Source: Bacillota bacterium (GTDB taxonomy: Bacteria > Bacillota > Clostridia > Oscillospirales > Ruminococcaceae). Taken from it: a stretch of 64,000 nt of DNA. A program made the position numbers and the translations under genes. The notes under the pieces were generated by a model. It was not told where the DNA came from, searched no databases, and saw only the letters and a list, made by a program, of their open reading frames with translations. The stretch's first letter is position 1. The number at the start of each line of letters is the position of its first letter. Where the stretch lies: contig JAEZRC010000002.1 of NCBI GenBank assembly GCA_023440965.1, forward strand, positions 70,302 through 134,301, given 5' to 3'. Of this stretch, positions 10,450 through 19,302 are shown piece by piece.

Positions 10450-11634
10450 ATGCTTGAATGTGTTAAAAAAGGAATGTCGGATCTTTTTAGAAACAAGCTC
10501 AGGGCAATTCTGACTATCGGTGGAATTTTTATAGGGGTAATGTCAGTTGTAATTATCTCATCTATTGGTGAAATGGGAAAGCACACTGTAGATAGAGAGC
10601 TTGTTAAAATGGGAATGGACAGCATTATAGTTTCTGGTGAAAAGAATAATGACACGGGCTTGTGCAGGAATGACCTTCAGGCTATAAGATCAATGCGTGA
10701 TGTTTCGAATGCAATGCCGTTGATGTATCTTATGTCAGAAACCAAAATGCTCGACAAGAAAAGAGAGTGCATGATATGGGGTGTAAATCAGGATGCTGAC
10801 AATGTAATTGAACTTGAAACTATATATGGAAGACAGATTAACAAGGGCGATGTCGCTTCTAATGCAAAGGTTTGTGTTATTGACGAAAAGATAGCCATTG
10901 ATAATTATAAAAGATCAAATATAGTAGGTAAGAAGATAACCTTATATATAAATGATATTCCGGAAGAGTTTACTGTTATCGGAGTAGTAAAAAACGGTGT
11001 AAATGTTCTTCAGAATATGCTCGGTGGAATAATCCCGAACTTTGTATATGTTCCATATTCAACAATGTCAGAGATATCGAATCAGACCTATTATGATGAG
11101 ATTGTTGTAAAACTCAGGAACGGGCTGAGCAATCCTGATATTAATAATGATATTGAAAAGGCACTTATTAACTGGCGACTTGCTCCGACTGAACTAAGGA
11201 TTGAAAATCTTTTGAAGCAGAAAAATCAATTAAATGATGTGCTTGGAATTGTCACAATAATTTTATCAGCCATAGCGGGAATTTCTCTTGTTGTTTCTGG
11301 CTTGTCAATTATGACGGTAATGCTTGTTTCGGTTAATGAGCGAACGCGTGAGATAGGGATAAAAAAATCAATAGGAGCATCCAATAAGGATATTCTTGTA
11401 GAATTTTTAATAGAATCTATGCTGATAACACTGATTGGTGGAATGCTGGGCGTTCTCGGCGGACTTCTGTTGTCACTTATAGGTTGTTCAATATTTGGGC
11501 TTGTCCTCAATATTGACTTATTTATGATATTGGGAATTCTTACTCTATCAATGATAATAGGCTTGATTTTTGGTGTGTATCCAGCGTACAGAGCATCAAG
11601 ACTTCGTCCTGTTGAGGCATTAAGATACGAATAA
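10450..11634 (+). CDS. MacB/FtsX-type ABC transporter permease
   Basis: 394 aa. MacB_PCD-like extracytoplasmic domain between TM1 and TM2. C-terminal FtsX domain (ERTREIGIKKSIGAS...YPAYRASRL.PVEALRYE). Confidence 0.85.
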   Translation: MLECVKKGMSDLFRNKLRAILTIGGIFIGVMSVVIISSIGEMGKHTVDRELVKMGMDSIIVSGEKNNDTGLCRNDLQAIRSMRDVSNAMPLMYLMSETKMLDKKRECMIWGVNQDADNVIELETIYGRQINKGDVASNAKVCVIDEKIAIDNYKRSNIVGKKITLYINDIPEEFTVIGVVKNGVNVLQNMLGGIIPNFVYVPYSTMSEISNQTYYDEIVVKLRNGLSNPDINNDIEKALINWRLAPTELRIENLLKQKNQLNDVLGIVTIILSAIAGISLVVSGLSIMTVMLVSVNERTREIGIKKSIGASNKDILVEFLIESMLITLIGGMLGVLGGLLLSLIGCSIFGLVLNIDLFMILGILTLSMIIGLIFGVYPAYRASRLRPVEALRYE

Positions 11635-11641
11635 ATGAATT

Positions 11642-11673
11642 AAAATCTCGTAGACAGTTGTCTACGAGATTTT
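11642..11673. terminator. bidirectional intrinsic terminator
   Basis: Near-perfect palindrome AAAATCTCGTAGACA..TGTCTACGAGATTTT between convergent genes. Confidence 0.8.
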
Positions 11674-11696
11674 ATGTTGCGATTATTGCAGGATGA

Positions 11697-11840
11697 TTAG
11701 CATCCGCAACCGTCGTTGCAACAGCCGTTGTTGCCAAATCCAAATCCGCCACCACAGCAGCAGAAGATAATAAGGATAAGAATGATGATCCACCAGCATC
11801 CACCGAAGCCGTTTCCACAACCATTACCGCATCCACACAT
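11697..11840 (-). CDS. tiny Cys/Gly-rich single-TM protein (YjcZ / 'tiny_TM' sporulation-protein-like)
   Basis: 47 aa, MCGCGNGCGNGFGGCWWIIILILIIFCCCGGGFGFGNNGCCNDGCGC. GGAG lies 8 nt upstream of this ATG. The longer ORF-track start has no SD. Confidence 0.6.
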   Translation of the reverse strand: MCGCGNGCGNGFGGCWWIIILILIIFCCCGGGFGFGNNGCCNDGCGC

Positions 11841-12217
11841 AAATAGCACTCCTTTAAATAATGTATTGTAAAACGCAACCATGAAGAAACATTATTTGCG
11901 TCCTTCCAGTTTTGTTTTATAGTATAGTTTATGGGAAAGGAATAAAAGTGTTACAGAAATTTTCTTATATAATACTCGTATAATTTTAAAAAATAAATTC
12001 CATTTAAGCGGTAGAATCATAAACTAATAGTAAGAAATTATTCAGGAAATGTTTAATCTGTATTAAACTGGCAAAATTCTATATGACTGAAATAGTATAA
12101 GCTGATTATTTCATATAATTAATGTGAAAAGATGAACGCAGATAATAGCTACCGTTCTATATACATTGATTATGATTACCTAGCCATTTTTTTTACAGTG
12201 GCAGAACGGAGATATAA

Positions 12218-14608
12218 ATGTATAATTTTAATCTTGAGAACTTCACCTATAAAGCAAGCGCTGCTGTTAACAGAGCCTTTACTCTTGCTGGTGAACTCGG
12301 TCATACTTATGTTGGAAGTGAACATTTGCTTCTTGGTATACTTGATGAGGGAACTTCAACAGCATACACAATTCTCAATAAAAATGAGGTAAGTATAACT
12401 CAAGTTCAGGCGAGAATAATCGAAACAATAGGTAAGGGCGATCCAAGTGTTCTCAATGCGGAAGCGCTTACGCCTACTGCAAAAAAAATTCTGAGCAATG
12501 CCATAAGGCTATCACAAAGTCTTGACTGTAAGTTTATTGGCAGCGAGCATATCTTAATGTCACTTGTGAGGGAATCAAACTCCTGTGCTAATAGTATATT
12601 GCGTGACCTTGATATAAGTATCACTAAAATTTATAATGATTGCTCAAGTATACAAACCAATAACCTCCCAACTATGAAGCAGACAAATAAAAATATCAAA
12701 CTTCCGAATCTTGAAAAATATGGTCGGGAACTCACAACAAAAGCAGCCTGCCTGACACTTGACCCTGTTATAGCAAGAGAAAGTGAAATCGAACGCCTTA
12801 TACAAATTCTTTCAAGACGCACAAAAAATAATCCTTGTCTTGTCGGTGAGGCTGGCGTTGGTAAAACTGCTATTGTTGAAGGTCTTGCACAGCTCATTAT
12901 TAAAAATGAAGTACCTGAAAACCTCCAGACCAAGAGAATTTTTGTTCTTGATATAAGTCAGCTTCTTGCTGGAGCAAAATACAGGGGAGATTTTGAAGAA
13001 CGCCTTAAAAACTGCATTGAAGATGTAGTCAACAACAAGAATATTATTTTATTTATAGATGAGGTTCATACTATTGTGGGCGCAGGAGCAGCAGAAGGTG
13101 CTATTGATGCTGCAAACATTATAAAGCCACAGCTTGCACGTGGTGAACTTCAAATTATCGGCGCAACCACATATGAAGAGTACAAGAATTATATAGAAAA
13201 AGACAGTGCGCTTGAAAGACGTTTCCAGCCAATAAAGGTCTGTGAGCCAACTGAAGAAAATACAATTAAAATATTAAAGGGGATTTCTCCGAAATATGAG
13301 GAACACCACAAGCTATCAATCCCTGATGAGGCAATAAAAGCAGCGGTAACTTTATCACAAAGGTATCTCCCTGACCGCTTTCTTCCTGATAAGGCTATTG
13401 ACCTTATAGATGAGGCTTGCTCGAGAGTAAGGCTTAAAGCAGGAATGATCATTGATAACCCGAATAAGCTTTCTGACCTTTTTAATGAATATTTAATGGG
13501 AAGCATTTCAAAGTCGACCTATACGCAAAAGGTTGAAACTGTCAATGGTGAAACAGTAAAATACGGAGTAGTAAAAAAAAGTGAAATTACACCGAATGAT
13601 ATAGCAGAAGTCATTTCTGCATGGACTGGTATTCCTGTAGCAAGTCTTACTGAGGAGGAAAGCAAACGTCTTTTGGCTCTTGAAGATGTAATGTCAAAGA
13701 GCGTTATTGGTCAGGATGAGGCGATAAAAAGTATTGCTTGTTCAATAAGAAGAAGTCGTGTCGGGCTCAAGGACCCAAACCGCCCTATTGGTTCGTTCAT
13801 CTTCCTTGGACCAACGGGAGTCGGAAAAACCGAGCTTTGTAAGGCACTTGCAGAATGCCTTTTTGCAAACCGTGATGCTGTTGTGCGACTTGATATGTCA
13901 GAGTATATGGAAAAGCATTCAGTGTCAAAAATGATAGGTTCACCTCCTGGTTATGTTGGATATAATGAGGGAGGACAGCTCACAGAAAAAATTCGAAGAA
14001 ACCCTTATGCAATAGTTCTTATGGATGAAATCGAAAAGGCACACCCTGATGTTTACAATCTCCTCCTCCAGATGCTTGAGGATGGTTTTATTACTGATTC
14101 ACAGGGCAGAAAGGTTTCATTTAAAAATACTGTTATAATTATGACTTCAAACCTTGGTGCAAAGAAGATTATAGACAAAAAAAATCTCGGCTTTACAGTA
14201 GCCGAGTCAAATGAAAAAAATATGAAAGCCGAGATAATGAGTGAACTTCGTCAGCAGTTCAAGCCTGAATTTTTGAATCGAATTGACGATACTGTTATCT
14301 TCAGAAGTCTTGATAAATCTGACATTGAGAAAATTGGTCGAAAGCTTCTTAATGAGCTTTCTGAACGTATTGATGCACTTGAAATAAAAACTGAATTCTC
14401 CGATGAGGCCGTCAAGAAAATCGCTGACGATGGTTTTAATACCTCATACGGAGCACGTCCGCTCCGTAGAATAATTTCTAATGAAATTGAAAATCTTCTT
14501 TCACAACAGATTTTAGAGGGTGAGATTGTTAAGGGTGACGAGATAAAGCTTATTGTCGAGGGAGGAAAGCTCAAATTCGTCAAGCCGTCACTTATTCAAG
14601 CGGAATAG
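12218..14608 (+). CDS. clpC: ClpC-like AAA+ Clp ATPase (two NBDs, Clp_N repeats, ClpP-docking LGF loop)
   Basis: 796 aa. Walker A motifs GEAGVGKT and GPTGVGKT. Clp_N repeats ([15 protein letters not shown] / [11 protein letters not shown]). LGF loop. The D1-D2 linker is short and lacks an obvious UVR/M-domain. Confidence 0.8.
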   Translation: MYNFNLENFTYKASAAVNRAFTLAGELGHTYVGSEHLLLGILDEGTSTAYTILNKNEVSITQVQARIIETIGKGDPSVLNAEALTPTAKKILSNAIRLSQSLDCKFIGSEHILMSLVRESNSCANSILRDLDISITKIYNDCSSIQTNNLPTMKQTNKNIKLPNLEKYGRELTTKAACLTLDPVIARESEIERLIQILSRRTKNNPCLVGEAGVGKTAIVEGLAQLIIKNEVPENLQTKRIFVLDISQLLAGAKYRGDFEERLKNCIEDVVNNKNIILFIDEVHTIVGAGAAEGAIDAANIIKPQLARGELQIIGATTYEEYKNYIEKDSALERRFQPIKVCEPTEENTIKILKGISPKYEEHHKLSIPDEAIKAAVTLSQRYLPDRFLPDKAIDLIDEACSRVRLKAGMIIDNPNKLSDLFNEYLMGSISKSTYTQKVETVNGETVKYGVVKKSEITPNDIAEVISAWTGIPVASLTEEESKRLLALEDVMSKSVIGQDEAIKSIACSIRRSRVGLKDPNRPIGSFIFLGPTGVGKTELCKALAECLFANRDAVVRLDMSEYMEKHSVSKMIGSPPGYVGYNEGGQLTEKIRRNPYAIVLMDEIEKAHPDVYNLLLQMLEDGFITDSQGRKVSFKNTVIIMTSNLGAKKIIDKKNLGFTVAESNEKNMKAEIMSELRQQFKPEFLNRIDDTVIFRSLDKSDIEKIGRKLLNELSERIDALEIKTEFSDEAVKKIADDGFNTSYGARPLRRIISNEIENLLSQQILEGEIVKGDEIKLIVEGGKLKFVKPSLIQAE

Positions 14609-16304
14609 CTGTTGCTTCACCTGAGAATCTTCTGTGGTTATAATTAAAAATATAGGTTGAAGGTTCATTTTTAAGGGAAAATGGGTCAATTGTAAATCTT
14701 TCTATATGAATAAGCTTTAAAAGCTGTTTCGGGTCAATGTCTGAGCATTCAGGCAAAAGCTCTGAAATGGCTTTTCGCTTTACTACGAGGTCATAAAGCT
14801 CATTATTATTAAGCATATTTTTTTCTGCCCAGTCAGGATTCGAACGTGGTCTTTCATGAGAAAGGAAATCAAATTTAAGTTTTGCCTTTATGTTTTGTAA
14901 TTCTTTATTATCAAGGAAACTTTCACAGAATTTAATTAAGAAAGTATATGCATCGTTTTTGTTGTGAGAAAGAGTCGACATACCTTTTTGCTTTCTAAAT
15001 TCACTCAAGTGCAGATAAAAGTCAAACGGGTCATTAAAAAAGTGCATTATATAGCCAGTAGACAAATAAAATCTATTTGAATTGTAATAAAGCTCAACCA
15101 TTTCTTCAATGCCTTTAAGAATTAAAACCTCATCATATGAAAGGCAATCGGTTGACAGTATCTCATATGGCGGGTATGGTGAATACTTGATATCATAGTG
15201 TGAGCATAGTTTTTCCATTGCTGATCCCTTTAAAACTTTGAGAAAGCCAAGCTGGAGCTGATTTGGAACAAGATGATAGACATCATTAAAGGATTTTTTA
15301 AAGCTTTCAAAATCTTCAAGTGGAAGTCCAGCAATAAGATCAAGATGAAGGTGAATATTCAGTTTTTGCTGAAGCTTCCCCACACAATACTCTATCCAAT
15401 TCATATCATTTTTGCGGTCAATGGCTTTAAGCGTTTGTTCGTTTGTTGACTGTACGCCTATTTCAAGCTGAAAAAGTCCGCGTCTTGCTGTTGATAAAAG
15501 CTCAAGAGTTTCTTGATCTAGGAGTGAAGCCTCAACCTCAAAATGAAAGTTTGTGTAGCCATTATCGTTTTCAATAAGAAAGCGAATGATTTCAAGTGCA
15601 AATTTCTTGTTGCAATTAAAAGTCCTGTCAACAAATTTAACCTGCTGGACTTTGTTGTTAAGAAAAATCAGTAGTTCCTTTTTAACCTTTTCAATTGGTG
15701 CAAAACGCACACCTTTTTCTATTGAAGAAAGGCAATATCTGCACCCGAAAGGGCAACCCCTTGAAGCTTCATAATAGCATATTTTATTCTCAGTTCCACC
15801 AAAATCTCTGTAAGGGAAGGGCAATGTCGACATATCAATAGCATTATATTTTGGTGTTGATACAACATTTCCATTAGATACAAAGGTTAGTCCACCAACG
15901 CTTTCAAAGCCATGCTTGTTGTCTATTGCGTTAAGAAGCTCGCAGAAGGTCTGTTCGCCCTCACCCGAAATTATATAGTCGCACGGAATTTCAGAAAGCA
16001 AAGCTATACTATTGTATGATACTTCTGGCCCGCCAAGAATTATAATCGTTTCTGGCAAAACTTGATTAATTAGGACAATCAGCTTTTTCACTATTTCAAT
16101 ATTCCATATATAGCAGGAAAATCCGAGAATGTCAGGCTTTTGTTCGTACAATGATTTAAGTATATCATTAATGTAATTATTTATAGTATATTCAACAATG
16201 TTAATTGAGTAGTTACTGTTCTGTTCGACATATCCTTTTATCTGTCTTATAGCGAGGTTTGTGTGTATATATTTAGCGTTTATACCGCATAGGAGAATAT
16301 TCAT
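14592..16304 (-). CDS. B12-binding domain radical SAM protein (DUF4080 type)
   Basis: 570 aa. N-terminal cobalamin-binding-like domain. CPFGCRYC radical-SAM cluster motif. C-terminal DUF4080-like extension. Its 3-prime end overlaps the clpC-like gene by 17 nt (convergent). Confidence 0.85.
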   Translation of the reverse strand: MNILLCGINAKYIHTNLAIRQIKGYVEQNSNYSINIVEYTINNYINDILKSLYEQKPDILGFSCYIWNIEIVKKLIVLINQVLPETIIILGGPEVSYNSIALLSEIPCDYIISGEGEQTFCELLNAIDNKHGFESVGGLTFVSNGNVVSTPKYNAIDMSTLPFPYRDFGGTENKICYYEASRGCPFGCRYCLSSIEKGVRFAPIEKVKKELLIFLNNKVQQVKFVDRTFNCNKKFALEIIRFLIENDNGYTNFHFEVEASLLDQETLELLSTARRGLFQLEIGVQSTNEQTLKAIDRKNDMNWIEYCVGKLQQKLNIHLHLDLIAGLPLEDFESFKKSFNDVYHLVPNQLQLGFLKVLKGSAMEKLCSHYDIKYSPYPPYEILSTDCLSYDEVLILKGIEEMVELYYNSNRFYLSTGYIMHFFNDPFDFYLHLSEFRKQKGMSTLSHNKNDAYTFLIKFCESFLDNKELQNIKAKLKFDFLSHERPRSNPDWAEKNMLNNNELYDLVVKRKAISELLPECSDIDPKQLLKLIHIERFTIDPFSLKNEPSTYIFNYNHRRFSGEATAIPLE

Positions 16305-16378
16305 AAGCCCTCCAAAGTATTAATTTTACTCATATAGTATATCACAAAATAATATTTTCCACAATTTCTATAAAAGTC

Positions 16379-16407
16379 TTGACAAAAGTATACTGATACA
16401 GTATAGT
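16379..16407 (+). promoter_or_regulatory. sigma-A type promoter of rubrerythrin
   Basis: TTGACA-N17-TATAGT. Confidence 0.7.
16389..16405. promoter_or_regulatory. inverted repeat inside the rubrerythrin promoter (candidate operator)
   Basis: TATACTG-ata-CAGTATA, perfect 7-3-7 palindrome spanning the spacer and the -10 box. Confidence 0.45.
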
Positions 16408-16457
16408 TTAAATATAGTCAATCAGTAAAAAATTATTAATGACGGAGGAAATAAGAA

Positions 16458-17006
16458 ATGAAAAAATTTGTATGTTCAGTATGTGGATATGTTCACGAGG
16501 GTGAAGAAGCACCAGACAAATGCCCACAGTGTAAAGCACCAAAGGAAAAATTCAAAGAAGCAGTAGATGAAGGTATTGCTTGGGCAGATGAGCATAAGGT
16601 AGGAGTAGCAGAAGGTCTTGACGCTGAAGTTGTTGAAGGATTAAGACAGAACTTTATGGGCGAATGTACAGAGGTTGGCATGTATCTTGCAATGGCAAGA
16701 GTAGCTCACAGAGAAGGCTATCCTGAAGTTGGAATGTATTATGAAAAGGCGGCATTCGAAGAAGCAGAACATGCTGCTAAATTTGCTGAGCTTTTGGGGG
16801 AAGTAGTAACTCCATCAACAAAGAAAAATCTTGAAATGAGATATATGGCTGAAAATGGTGCTTGTGACGGGAAGAAGAAACTTGCTACAAGAGCAAAAGA
16901 ACTTGGCTATGATGCAATTCATGATACAGTGCACGAGATGGCAAAAGACGAAGCTCGTCACGGCTGTGCTTTCAAAGGTATGCTTGATAGATACTTTAAA
17001 AAATAA
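16458..17006 (+). CDS. rbr: reverse rubrerythrin (N-terminal rubredoxin domain + diiron ferritin-like domain)
   Basis: CSVCGY...[11 protein letters not shown] rubredoxin knuckles at the N-terminus, then ExxH diiron motifs (EEAEHA, DEARHG). Confidence 0.9.
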   Translation: MKKFVCSVCGYVHEGEEAPDKCPQCKAPKEKFKEAVDEGIAWADEHKVGVAEGLDAEVVEGLRQNFMGECTEVGMYLAMARVAHREGYPEVGMYYEKAAFEEAEHAAKFAELLGEVVTPSTKKNLEMRYMAENGACDGKKKLATRAKELGYDAIHDTVHEMAKDEARHGCAFKGMLDRYFKK

Positions 17007-17020
17007 AACTAATATAAAAA

Positions 17021-17047
17021 AGGACGAGTAATCTCGTCCTTTTTTAT
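17021..17047 (+). terminator. intrinsic terminator of rbr
   Basis: AGGACGAG-taat-CTCGTCCT followed by TTTTTAT. Confidence 0.85.
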
Positions 17048-17146
17048 GCTTTTATAGTTAATTTTAACATATAAATAATAGTTATAATGGTATATATAAA
17101 CAAATTTTATGATTTTATACTTAAATAGTTACAATACATATAAAAA

Positions 17147-17178
17147 AATGTTATTATTGTTATAACAATAATAACATT
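17147..17178. promoter_or_regulatory. 32-bp perfect palindrome upstream of the PilZ gene
   Basis: AATGTTATTATTGTTA|TAACAATAATAACATT, 16/16 complementary positions. It ends 5 nt before the GAGGTGG SD of the PilZ gene. Confidence 0.6.
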
Positions 17179-17194
17179 AATATGAGGTGGTTTC

Positions 17195-17878
17195 ATGCTA
17201 TTATTTGGTAAAAAATCTTCTACTCCAGCTTTTGAAGAAAACACGAAGATAACAAGCATAAACCTTGAAAGAGTAGTAAGCGTTATGATAATAGATAAGG
17301 AAGAGAAGTTCAGTTCAAGATTTTTTGTTGGGAAAAAAAGGGACTCTTCTAATTATCAGATTACTGTTGGCATAAAGGACACGTTTTCCTTAAATGAGGT
17401 TGATTTTGTTACTATCATCTTTAATATGATTGACGGCGAAAGATTTTCTCAGACTGGTACGATTGCGAAGATAGAAAACCAGTTCATTACTATTGATCTT
17501 GATGAAAAAATCAATAAAATTGAAGAACGCAGAAAAAGTCTCAAAATTCAATGCAATCTATCAGGAGAAATTACTATAATGAACAAAACAATTTCTGTTG
17601 AAATTAAAAATATATCAATAGGTGGTGTTTTTGTTGCGACTGAGGCTGATTTACCTCTCCATAATGTGTTGTTTATTAAAATCAATGAAATTGATGTTGT
17701 AGCAGATATTACAGTTATTAGGCAGCAAAAGGATAAGCTCGGAACAATTATAGGATATGGATGTCAGTTCTATAAACTTAACGACAGGAACGAAGAAAAA
17801 ATTTTCCAGTACATAAATAACTGCTTATTAAAGGAACGTCAGACATTAATAAACCGTGATGTATATAATTATTTTTAG
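17195..17878 (+). CDS. PilZ domain protein (c-di-GMP receptor candidate)
   Basis: 227 aa. The C-terminal half carries RRKSLK (RxxxR-like, last R replaced by K) and NISIGG (D/NxSxxG) PilZ signatures. Confidence 0.7.
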   Translation: MLLFGKKSSTPAFEENTKITSINLERVVSVMIIDKEEKFSSRFFVGKKRDSSNYQITVGIKDTFSLNEVDFVTIIFNMIDGERFSQTGTIAKIENQFITIDLDEKINKIEERRKSLKIQCNLSGEITIMNKTISVEIKNISIGGVFVATEADLPLHNVLFIKINEIDVVADITVIRQQKDKLGTIIGYGCQFYKLNDRNEEKIFQYINNCLLKERQTLINRDVYNYF

Positions 17879-17888
17879 CAATATTAAA

Positions 17889-18003
17889 AGAGCAAATAAT
17901 CTGCAGATGAAGACTTTGGCTATGTGCAATTGACTATACGGTATACGAAATGAAAGGACCAAGTTCATCACTGCTATATTTCAAATGTATGCTTGATAGA
18001 TAT
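17889..18003 (+). pseudogene. decayed, frameshifted relic of a rubrerythrin 3-prime end
   Basis: Patchy identity to rbr 16890-17006: AGAGCAAA, TTGGCTATG, TGCAATT, and TTCAAA[T/G]GTATGCTTGATAGATA (16-nt exact core). Followed by a look-alike terminator. Confidence 0.7.
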
Positions 18004-18020
18004 AATAAATCATATAACAG

Positions 18021-18050
18021 AAAAAACGGACATTTAATCGTCCGTTTTTT
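18021..18050. terminator. bidirectional intrinsic terminator (PilZ gene / EAL gene)
   Basis: A6-ACGGAC-atttaatc-GTCCGT-T6. Confidence 0.8.
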
Positions 18051-19272
18051 CTATCGAGCTTACATAATAATCAATGCAAGCAACATATTTATTTCCGTTT
18101 GGGTGTAGGAAAAGTACAGAATTTGTCTGACAAAGTCGTCCTGTAGCAATAGAAATATATTTATGGCTTGTAAAGAATTCGGTTTCAAGAATAACCGCTG
18201 AATAAAAATAGGACTTAAGATTGTGGCAATCATTTTTCTTGCATGGTGAGAAGAGTGGATTGTCATTCGGTTTTATATCATGATTTAATATAGTACTTGT
18301 TATCTGATATCCGTTTATGTCAAGAATATATATACATTCAATATCGCAGCATTGTGTAACATAATTTCTAAGGACTTTTTCAAAATTCTCGGTTTTTGCT
18401 TTCTTGAGGCTAGCTGTTAATGCCTTAAGATTTTTTTTATAAATATTGTAATGCAGTTTTTTATTATTAAGCTCGGCTTTGGCCTGCTGTGTATATGATT
18501 CAGTGATTGTATTGAGTTGATTGTCAATGACAAGATTATGTATTTTTTCAACTTCCTGAGCTTTAGAGAAGTAATATCCCTGAAAATAATCTATATTAAG
18601 ATTCATACAGCTTACAGCTTCATCAATGGTTTCAACACCTTCAGCGACCGTAACCGCACCAATGCTTTTTGATAGATTGACAATAGCTCTTGCAATTTCC
18701 TGCTTGTAGTAATCTTTGTTTATATCAGTAATAGATTGCCTGTCGATCTTAACAATATCAGGCTTTGCAATTGCAATACGATTGAGATTTGAATGCCCTG
18801 ATCCAACATCATCAAGGGCGATAAGGAATCCGTTTTCCCTGAATATTTTTATAAAGTTTTCAAGGTCAGTTGAACTGTTAGTACCTTTTTCATTTATTTC
18901 AATAACAATATGCTTTTTGGGAATTGAGGATTTATCAATACTCATTATAATATCTTCAGAATGCTCAATGTAGCTTTTTAAATATGAAGCTTCAAAGTTA
19001 ACAAAAAGAAGGCAATTATCACAGATGCTCTTTGCGGTTTCAAAAGTGTTTTGACGACAGATATTGTCAAGAGTCTGTCCCTTTTCATGATGTTTTGAAA
19101 ATGAAAATAACGCTTCAGGGGATATGTATTCATTCATATAAAAGCTTCTTGTCAATGCCTCAACACCAACAATTTTTCTGTTTCTCACGCTAACTATAGG
19201 CTGAAAATGAATTGAGAGTTCTTTTTGAGAAAGTACATAATTAAAAATGTCATTATCTAGTATGCTTATCAT
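18034..19272 (-). CDS. EAL-domain c-di-GMP phosphodiesterase with C-terminal YkuI_C/PAS-Cache-like sensor domain
   Basis: EAL signatures are all present (VEALTR, FVNF, EINE, DDVGSG, KIDR, AEGVET, FQGYYF). A roughly 160-aa C-terminal sensor-like domain gives the B. subtilis YkuI architecture. Start uncertain (ATG 19272, GTG 19284 or TTG 19290). Confidence 0.85.
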   Translation of the reverse strand: MISILDNDIFNYVLSQKELSIHFQPIVSVRNRKIVGVEALTRSFYMNEYISPEALFSFSKHHEKGQTLDNICRQNTFETAKSICDNCLLFVNFEASYLKSYIEHSEDIIMSIDKSSIPKKHIVIEINEKGTNSSTDLENFIKIFRENGFLIALDDVGSGHSNLNRIAIAKPDIVKIDRQSITDINKDYYKQEIARAIVNLSKSIGAVTVAEGVETIDEAVSCMNLNIDYFQGYYFSKAQEVEKIHNLVIDNQLNTITESYTQQAKAELNNKKLHYNIYKKNLKALTASLKKAKTENFEKVLRNYVTQCCDIECIYILDINGYQITSTILNHDIKPNDNPLFSPCKKNDCHNLKSYFYSAVILETEFFTSHKYISIATGRLCQTNSVLFLHPNGNKYVACIDYYVSSIEKTDD

Positions 19273-19302
19273 TATAAAACCCACTTTCAAATAAAAAAGA
19301 CA

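Noticed and set aside
11672-11878. 68-aa ORF overlapping the Cys/Gly-rich gene in another frame
   Set aside because: It has no SD. The alternative frame (MCGCG...) has a properly spaced GGAG and a recognisable tiny-TM architecture.
11883-12217. Looked for a CtsR operator (GGTCAAA-N3-GGTCAAA) upstream of the clpC-like gene
   Set aside because: No GGTCAAA or TTTGACC heptad is present in this interval.
12132-12392. 86-aa ORF overlapping the clpC-like start
   Set aside because: It is out of frame with a clearly conserved gene, has no SD and gives an AT-rich nonsense-like translation.
11697-16304. The idea that the Cys-rich peptide is a RiPP precursor served by the neighbouring HlyD/FtsX exporter, ClpC-like ATPase and B12-radical-SAM enzyme
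   Set aside because: The genes sit on different strands and are separated by strong terminators. The peptide has a central TM helix and no leader/core organisation, and it resembles a known tiny sporulation-protein family. I keep this only as a remote possibility.
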